Shown in pieces: positions 53,583 through 58,328 of a stretch of 58,328 nucleotides of DNA. A model generated the notes under the pieces. That model saw nothing but the letters and a program-made list of their open reading frames with translations, was not told the DNA's origin and did no database searches. The DNA comes from Bacteroidaceae bacterium (lineage in GTDB: Bacteria > Bacteroidota > Bacteroidia > Bacteroidales > Bacteroidaceae). The position numbers were made by a program, and so were the translations under genes. Position 1 is the stretch's first letter. Every line of letters starts with the position of its first letter. The stretch is from positions 1 through 58,328 of the forward strand of contig JAGCKB010000176.1 of the NCBI GenBank assembly GCA_017647725.1, given 5' to 3'.

Positions 53583-54380
53583 ATGAATCTAAACACTTGT
53601 GTTATGGAAAAGACTGTAAAACAAAGGCTTATGAAGTTTGCAGAATTTAGAAATTTAAGCATTTCTAAATTTGAAAGTTTATGCGGGCTTGGGAATGGCT
53701 ATGTCGGCAAGTTAAAAAGCGAGCCGGGGAGTAGAAAATTAGAGGATATTCTAAAAGCATTTCCAGAACTTAATAGAGCGTGGCTTTTATTTGGCGAAGG
53801 AGAGATGCTAAAGAGTGATATTACTATTTCCGGCGACATCACCGTCAATGGGAATGGTAACAGCCACATAGGTCACGGGCAACACGGTGTGCCTGCAATA
53901 ATAGAAATAAAGGAAAACGGTGTAGAGGTAGAATGTCCCAACTGCGGCGAGGTGATAGAAGTCGCAAGCAGTGCAGTTATCCCCCTCGTTCCGCCCGAGA
54001 TAGCAAAGAAACCCGACCTTAATCTTGAGAGTTTTCGCCACAACTGCCCCCAGCAGATGGAAGAAGTAGACCTCCGTCAAGTATGGGGTAAAGGTGTATT
54101 CCTTATGAAAGTCGATACCCGAGCAATGGAACCCGAATACCGCGAAGGTACATTCCTTGTCCTGCGTCGGCTTAAAGACCTCTCCTATGCACGCCCCGAT
54201 GGCAGCGCATACGTCATCGACACAATGCGCCCACACACCCTGTTTAGGTATCTATCAAAAGAGCGCGACGGCACCTACGTCCTCTCTGCAGAGAGCGACA
54301 AGCGCGGACCAATATACCTCAACGCTGAGGATATAATAAATATATACGATGTAGTAGGAAGTTTCAGAATTGGAAGATAA
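53583..54380 (+). CDS. cI-like repressor (XRE-type HTH + S24/LexA-like C-terminal domain with substituted catalytic residues)
   Basis: N-terminal LSISKFESLCGLGNGYVGKL is an HTH. The C-terminal FLMKVDTRAMEPEYREGTFLVL ... LFRYL aligns by eye to V.GDSM.P....GD...V ... KRL. An alternative start is at 53604. Confidence 0.7.
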   Translation: MNLNTCVMEKTVKQRLMKFAEFRNLSISKFESLCGLGNGYVGKLKSEPGSRKLEDILKAFPELNRAWLLFGEGEMLKSDITISGDITVNGNGNSHIGHGQHGVPAIIEIKENGVEVECPNCGEVIEVASSAVIPLVPPEIAKKPDLNLESFRHNCPQQMEEVDLRQVWGKGVFLMKVDTRAMEPEYREGTFLVLRRLKDLSYARPDGSAYVIDTMRPHTLFRYLSKERDGTYVLSAESDKRGPIYLNAEDIINIYDVVGSFRIGR

Positions 54381-54397
54381 TTTAAAAAAATATAATT

Positions 54398-54793
54398 ATG
54401 ATTTACATTATTTCGATTGTTACGATCGCAGTCGTAGTGGTTTTGTGGTTTATGTTCAACCCTACAGCAAAAAGAATTAGAGAGATTAATGCCTTAATTG
54501 ACAAAGATAGGTCGGTGTGTGATGTTATAACGAGTCTTGAAGATTGGGCGGTAATTCCGGTCGATACAGGCGGTTTGAAAATCGTTTTGCCTTCAAGTCT
54601 AATAATAAAAGAATTGTACATCACCTACAAGGGGGAGAGGCCTACAAATGCGGATATCAAATACTTACATTGGGAACTTACCAGAGAAGATTCTGTAGTG
54701 ACAAAAGCGCACAGGGTTAATATGCCGGTGGAGGCGTATATGGCGGGGGTGGCAAACTCTTTTGAGGATTTTTTAAGGAGTAAAATTAAATAA
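54398..54793 (+). CDS. membrane-anchored hypothetical protein
   Basis: N-terminal TM segment MIYIISIVTIAVVVVLWF. Confidence 0.5.
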   Translation: MIYIISIVTIAVVVVLWFMFNPTAKRIREINALIDKDRSVCDVITSLEDWAVIPVDTGGLKIVLPSSLIIKELYITYKGERPTNADIKYLHWELTREDSVVTKAHRVNMPVEAYMAGVANSFEDFLRSKIK

Positions 54794-54794
54794 T

Positions 54795-55118
54795 ATGACA
54801 ACGCTTATTTTTATTTCGTGTGTTTATATCTTTGCATATAATTGCGTAGAGATTGACAAAAATTTTAGAGGCTCTTCGCAAGGGATAAAGCTATGGATTG
54901 GTTTGACAGGGCAAATATGTCATATTGCCTCGTGGGTGTTATTCATATGGAGTTTTTGGCATTATGATTGGTGGAAACCAATAGTGGCATTTATCGCAAG
55001 CACGATAATAGGTGGAATCTTGGGGGTGTTTTTCCAGCGCAATCTAATAGGGATGTTTGCTTCTCCGATATTAGCTTGGCTGTTTGTCGCATTATCGGTA
55101 ATTGGGTTGCTGAATTGA
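54795..55118 (+). CDS. integral membrane protein (3-4 TM helices)
   Basis: 107 aa, mostly hydrophobic. Confidence 0.55.
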   Translation: MTTLIFISCVYIFAYNCVEIDKNFRGSSQGIKLWIGLTGQICHIASWVLFIWSFWHYDWWKPIVAFIASTIIGGILGVFFQRNLIGMFASPILAWLFVALSVIGLLN

Positions 55119-55124
55119 AAGCAG

Positions 55125-55373
55125 ATGAAACGCATAATACTACTCTTCGTACTGCTTGCGATAGTGAGCTGCGGAGGTTTTAAGGAGAAGGGGAAAGAGA
55201 GTGTGCGGGCGCTCCACGATGATAGGGTATATGTCTGCACAGGTAGGTATGCCAAGAGGTTTCACTGCGACGAAGATTGCAAGGGATTGCGGAGCTGTCG
55301 AAGTGAGATTGTGTTGATGAGTGTTAAGGAGGCGGAGGACTGCGGTTTGACGCCTTGCGGATACTGTTACTAA
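55125..55373 (+). CDS. small lipoprotein with C-terminal Cys cluster
   Basis: MKRIILLFVLLAIVSC is a lipobox-type signal. The C-terminus reads CDEDCKGLRSC ... CGLTPCGYC. Confidence 0.55.
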   Translation: MKRIILLFVLLAIVSCGGFKEKGKESVRALHDDRVYVCTGRYAKRFHCDEDCKGLRSCRSEIVLMSVKEAEDCGLTPCGYCY

Positions 55374-55390
55374 CCAAGCGATAAAAACTC

Positions 55391-55430
55391 TATATAATAT
55401 ATACTACTATGTTGTAGTATATATTATATA
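55391..55430. repeat. perfect 17-bp-arm inverted repeat
   Basis: TATATAATATATACTAC - tatgtt - GTAGTATATATTATATA. Confidence 0.9.
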
Positions 55431-55453
55431 GGCGGAAAATAGGCTATTTGGGA

Positions 55454-55505
55454 TTACCCCTATACTATATAAATAAAAATTTTTATTTATATAGTATAGG
55501 GGTAA
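55454..55505. repeat. perfect 52-bp palindrome (26-bp arms, no spacer)
   Basis: TTACCCCTATACTATATAAATAAAAA / TTTTTATTTATATAGTATAGGGGTAA. Confidence 0.9.
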
Positions 55506-55870
55506 AAGTTTGTAGGGGACGCGGGCTTGGTGGGTGGTTCCAAAGGTCTAAAAGGGCATAGAGGGCTACAAGGGAAAGCTGAGAGCGAAATTAGGCACGG
55601 TGTAAAATAGCCTCTCTGCGCGGTTTTCTTGATGCGGGGTAAGGATTTTATCAGCAGGAGGGGTGAAAACGCAAGAGAGGGTGAATTATGGGGCAATGCG
55701 AGGGTTTTAAGTGGCAAGGTGTCTCGCGTGTGCGTAAGTGGGCGCTGGGCGGGTGTGGTGCATCGGGGGGAGCGGGCGTACCGGGGGGAGCGGGCGTGCC
55801 GGGAGCGAGAGCATAGAAGGGTGCCGAGGGCAAAAGGATTATGGCTTGGGAGGCGGACCAAAAATGGGTG
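55506..55870 (+). other. strongly G-rich, C-poor tract with more than 20 runs of G3 or longer
   Basis: Composition read by eye. It includes the 16-nt direct repeat CGGGGGGAGCGGGCGT at 55764-55779 and 55782-55797. The only ORFs are low-complexity artefacts. Confidence 0.8.
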
Positions 55871-55872
55871 GT

Positions 55873-56252
55873 GTAAACGATGTAAACAAAACTCTCGCGC
55901 GCGTATACTTTCCCGGGCAGAGGAGTTGCGTGCGTTTTTTATAAAAAAAGTGTGTTCTCAACTATTTTTTAAATCTTTTATAGGGAATTTTCCGTTTACT
56001 CCGTTTACATTGGGGTTTATTTATTGATTATTAAATAGTTAAGTGTAAACAAAGTGTAAACAAAGTGTGTTTTTTTCCGTTTACATTTGCAACTCCGTTT
56101 ACAAAATAGCTATAAAAGGCTAATTTTTTGTCGAAAAAAAAGTGTTCACAACTCAGTGGGGGGTCAAAAGTTGAAAAATTTTTGTTTACATTGTTTACAA
56201 ATTTTTCGCCGTTTTGTTTACAAATCTTGTTTTGTTTACAGGTTTTGTTTAC
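55873..56252. repeat. iteron array: 13 copies of YGTTTACA (9 forward, 4 reverse) interspersed with A/T-tract palindromes
   Basis: GTTTAC at 55994, 56003, 56079, 56097, 56184, 56193, 56216, 56234, 56247. GTAAAC at 55873, 55882, 56045, 56056. Palindromes: T6-AT-A6 at 55935-55948 and A5T5 at 56174-56183. Confidence 0.85.
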
Positions 56253-56340
56253 AATTTCTTGCGGTTTGTTGACAGGGATTTGGGAAGAAGAAGGGGAAAA
56301 GAAAAGTGCGGAGGTGTCCTACCACGACCGCACTAATGGA

Positions 56341-56472
56341 TTACGCTGCTACTGGGACGTAAAACTTGAACGCTTTACCATTCTTGGGGTAAATCACTTT
56401 GCCATTCTTACGAATATACTTCGCAAAAATTACCTTGTAGGGCTTACCATTTACGACTTTAAATTCATTCAT
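56341..56472 (-). CDS. small Lys-rich protein (43 aa; not in the ORF track)
   Basis: My own translation gives MNEFKVVNGKPYKVIFAKYIRKNGKVIYPKNGKAFKFYVPVAA. It is preceded by GAAAGGAGGTGTAT 7 nt upstream of the ATG. Confidence 0.4.
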   Translation of the reverse strand: MNEFKVVNGKPYKVIFAKYIRKNGKVIYPKNGKAFKFYVPVAA

Positions 56473-56479
56473 CTGCTCA

Positions 56480-56610
56480 ATACACCTCCTTTCTTTTTTT
56501 GACCTTGCGGTCTATGATGTCTTGCTTCCTACGGCAAGACAAAACCCCAGTGGTAGGACACCGGGGTTTATTCTCTCGAGAGTGGTGATGTTGCCTGAAA
56601 GGAGGTGTAT
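56480..56610. repeat. 14-bp perfect inverted repeat ATACACCTCCTTTC / GAAAGGAGGTGTAT enclosing ~103 bp with internal hairpins
   Basis: Arms at 56480-56493 and 56597-56610. Internal stems: GTCTTGC/GCAAGAC (56519-56525 / 56534-56540), AAACCCC/GGGGTTT (56542-56548 / 56563-56569), and the palindrome CTCTCGAGAG (56573-56582). Confidence 0.85.
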
Positions 56611-56725
56611 ATCACCGAATGAATATAAAGTCACCGCAAATATACGAAGATATTTGAGAAATGGAAATGCTGAAATGATTTTTGTTTTTTTATTTGGACT
56701 TGGTCTAAAGTAGTGAATATATGAA

Positions 56726-56753
56726 AAGAGGCAGCCGTTTTGGGTTGCCTCTT
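56726..56753. terminator. hairpin terminator (T-rich on the plus side)
   Basis: AAGAGGCAGCC-gttttg-GGTTGCCTCTT followed by GTCGTTTGTTTTT. Confidence 0.6.
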
Positions 56754-56791
56754 GTCGTTTGTTTTTATTCTGTAATAGTGGTGGGATAGAA

Positions 56792-57085
56792 TTAGTCTTT
56801 GCTGTCGCCGGAAAGGTTGATGAGCTTGTCCTCTATGGTGTTCTTCTTCCTCTCGACGACGGCATCGAGATTCACGGACTGCAATTTTGGCACGGAGTAG
56901 GCGGTAAGGCGCTCCATTGCGGCGACGCGATCGCGTGGTTCAAGGGCTTCGATGTCGGCTAAGAAGGTGTCGGAGTTATAGTACTCGTTGAGTGCTTTGG
57001 CGATGACCTCGCGGACGGGTGAGGGTGTCTTGTTTGGTGTGCCTTTTTGGCGGCCACCGGTCTTGGCTCTTCCTTTTTGAAACAT
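56792..57085 (-). CDS. small protein with basic GGRQKGTPNK N-terminus (DNA-binding / small-terminase-like candidate)
   Basis: 97 aa. As I recall, the N-terminal G-R-x-K-G-x-x-N-K motif occurs in small phage DNA-binding/terminase-associated proteins. It is an isolated minus-strand gene. Confidence 0.5.
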   Translation of the reverse strand: MFQKGRAKTGGRQKGTPNKTPSPVREVIAKALNEYYNSDTFLADIEALEPRDRVAAMERLTAYSVPKLQSVNLDAVVERKKNTIEDKLINLSGDSKD

Positions 57086-57188
57086 ATACCTTATTTATAT
57101 ATAATATAGTAGTTAAACGGATAAACTCTTTGCGCGAATGTATGGGGTTAATTTTAGACCGTAATTATATGTATTTAAAATTGAGGTT

Positions 57189-57731
57189 ATGATTGGTTCT
57201 ATAGCTGGTGCTGCGCTGGGCGTAGCGGGCAACATCGCCGGCGGTGTTATGCGTGACAAGGCGATGAAGAGGGCTCAAGCGGAGCTGGAGAGAAAGGAAC
57301 GCGAGAATGCTGATTGGTATAATCGCAAGTATAATGAGGACGCGACAGCGAGGGCTGATGCGCAGCGTGCCATTACGATGACGGAGGAGGCGATGAAGAG
57401 CCGTAACCGTGCGGCGCAGGGTGCGGCGGCGGTGATGGGTGGTTCGCAGGATGCGGTAATCGCAGCGCAGAGTGCTAATGCGGCGGCGATGGCTGACACG
57501 GCGAGCAGTATTGCGGCGAGTGCGGAGGCAAGGAAGGATGCGGTGGAGGCGCAGTATCGTGCGCAGAAGGATGCGATTAGTGACCAGCGCAGAGCGAATG
57601 AGATTGCAAAGGCGAATGCTATTGCGAGCTCTATTCAGGGTGTGACACAGGCGGGTGCGTCGATTGCAGATGCGTTTGGCCAGAGTGGTGACATTACGGG
57701 TCTTGTGAAGAAGAAGGAGGATGAGATATGA
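57189..57731 (+). CDS. hypothetical Ala/Gln-rich protein with Gly-rich hydrophobic N-terminus (internal virion protein candidate)
   Basis: 180 aa, the first gene of the plus-strand late block, with an ATGA overlap with the next ORF. Confidence 0.5.
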   Translation: MIGSIAGAALGVAGNIAGGVMRDKAMKRAQAELERKERENADWYNRKYNEDATARADAQRAITMTEEAMKSRNRAAQGAAAVMGGSQDAVIAAQSANAAAMADTASSIAASAEARKDAVEAQYRAQKDAISDQRRANEIAKANAIASSIQGVTQAGASIADAFGQSGDITGLVKKKEDEI

Positions 57732-58328
57732 GCAGTGTGATGGATGATATTAACAAGAGGCGCGGGGGACAGGCGCTGGCGAGAGTTAATGGTGTGTCGG
57801 CACCGCAGCAGCCTGCGGCAAAGCCTATGGGAGACCAAGCGCTGGCGAGAGTGGCGCAAGGCGCTTCTATCCCTGCTGTGCCTGCTGGGACTGAACCGAG
57901 TGCCGGCGCAACGGCTGAACAGGTGGCGACAGCGAAGATGTTGATGCCTGCTGTGGCGGATTTTGCTCCACAGAGTGATGCACCGGCGGTGACAACTCCG
58001 GCAGCTCCCGCGGTGGAGCCTGTGACTACTTACACGGATATTGCGAAGAGGATGAGCCCTGAGTTGGATGCGGAGCAGAAGGCGGAGCGTGAGAGGCGGT
58101 TGAGGAATAAACAACAGGTGGCGGCGATTGGTGATGCGATTAGCGCACTTGCGAATATGCACTACACGGGCACGAGTGGCGTGAATGCTTATGATCCTTC
58201 GGCGGCACTGAGCACGAAGGCGAGAGCGAGATATGATAAGTTCTTGGCTGATGTCAAGGCGTATGAGGATGCGCACAAGGCGGCGATGTTGCGTGGCGAG
58301 GAACTTGATGCGGCTGCTACGGAGGCGA
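57728..58328 (+). CDS. hypothetical protein, 3'-truncated by the window edge (not in the ORF track)
   Basis: My own translation from ATG 57728 gives MSSVMDDINKRRGGQALARVNGVSAPQQ... and stays open to nt 58328. Confidence 0.5.
   Translation, partial: MSSVMDDINKRRGGQALARVNGVSAPQQPAAKPMGDQALARVAQGASIPAVPAGTEPSAGATAEQVATAKMLMPAVADFAPQSDAPAVTTPAAPAVEPVTTYTDIAKRMSPELDAEQKAERERRLRNKQQVAAIGDAISALANMHYTGTSGVNAYDPSAALSTKARARYDKFLADVKAYEDAHKAAMLRGEELDAAATEA

Noticed and set aside
55487-56027. Track ORFs 55487..55861 (-), 55629..56027 (+), 55651..55833 (-) and 55738..55944 (+)
   Set aside because: Their translations are low-complexity (Pro/Ser/Arg/Leu-rich or Gly/Arg-rich), as expected from a G-rich/C-poor tract. 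One starts inside the 52-bp palindrome. There are no motifs and the reading frames mutually overlap.
55873-56252. Could the GTTTACA repeat array be a CRISPR array or a ToxI-like tandem RNA repeat?
   Set aside because: The repeat unit is only ~8 nt, spacing is irregular (9-85 bp), both orientations occur, and there are no cas or toxin genes. This fits protein-binding iterons better.
57635-58276. 213-aa minus-strand ORF at the window end
   Set aside because: It is extremely Arg-rich and antisense to two plus-strand ORFs that are translationally coupled (ATGA overlap). It is a shadow ORF.

Overview
The window reads as one temperate phage genome, or nearly all of it, rather than a chromosomal segment. 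Both edges fall inside phage ORFs. An integrase sits beside an attP-like site that carries only the 3' ~47 nt of a tRNA-Gly(CCC)-like gene. No host housekeeping genes are visible. About ten gene starts I inspected have A/T-rich leaders without GGAGG, which fits a Shine-Dalgarno-independent (Bacteroidota-type) host; this is inference. Layout: (1) A plus-strand morphogenesis block holds a giant ORF of at least 4053 aa (N6-adenine MTase, SNF2-like helicase, two zincin-like motifs, hydrophobic C-terminus), then portal, a terminase pair inverted on the minus strand, scaffold, major capsid, two small virion ORFs, a 1587-aa tail fibre ending in a GDPD phosphodiesterase domain, a PLC-like ORF, and a holin / lysin / u-spanin-like cassette. 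I see no tape-measure or sheath gene, so the virion is probably podovirus-like. (2) Integrase plus attP. (3) Four plus-strand ORFs converge on a 1003-aa minus-strand ORF. (4) A long minus-strand early operon runs 53.4 -> 31.2 kb: cro-like, HTH, DUF2800-like nuclease, DUF2815-like SSB, family-A DNA polymerase, VirE-type primase/helicase, VRR-NUC, SNF2, PcfK/PcfJ-like, DUF4406-like, PAPS-reductase-like, MazG-like, YopX-like, plus an A/T-rich island of ~15 tiny ORFs. (5) A divergent cI-like / cro-like switch sits at 53.4-53.6 kb, with a membrane/lipoprotein cassette on the repressor side. (6) Three ORF-poor islands break an otherwise tightly packed genome: the attP region; a ~0.75-0.9-kb hairpin-dense region at 52.1-53.05 kb that ends in a minus-strand terminator and contains a tRNA-like T-arm/acceptor element; and a ~1.4-kb region at 55.4-56.8 kb with perfect palindromes, a strongly G-rich tract, 13 copies of a YGTTTACA iteron, and a 14-bp inverted repeat of a Shine-Dalgarno-like block around a hairpin cluster. 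These non-coding islands and the giant modular ORF are the best candidates for undescribed biology. All domain calls come from reading motifs in the translations; no database search was possible.
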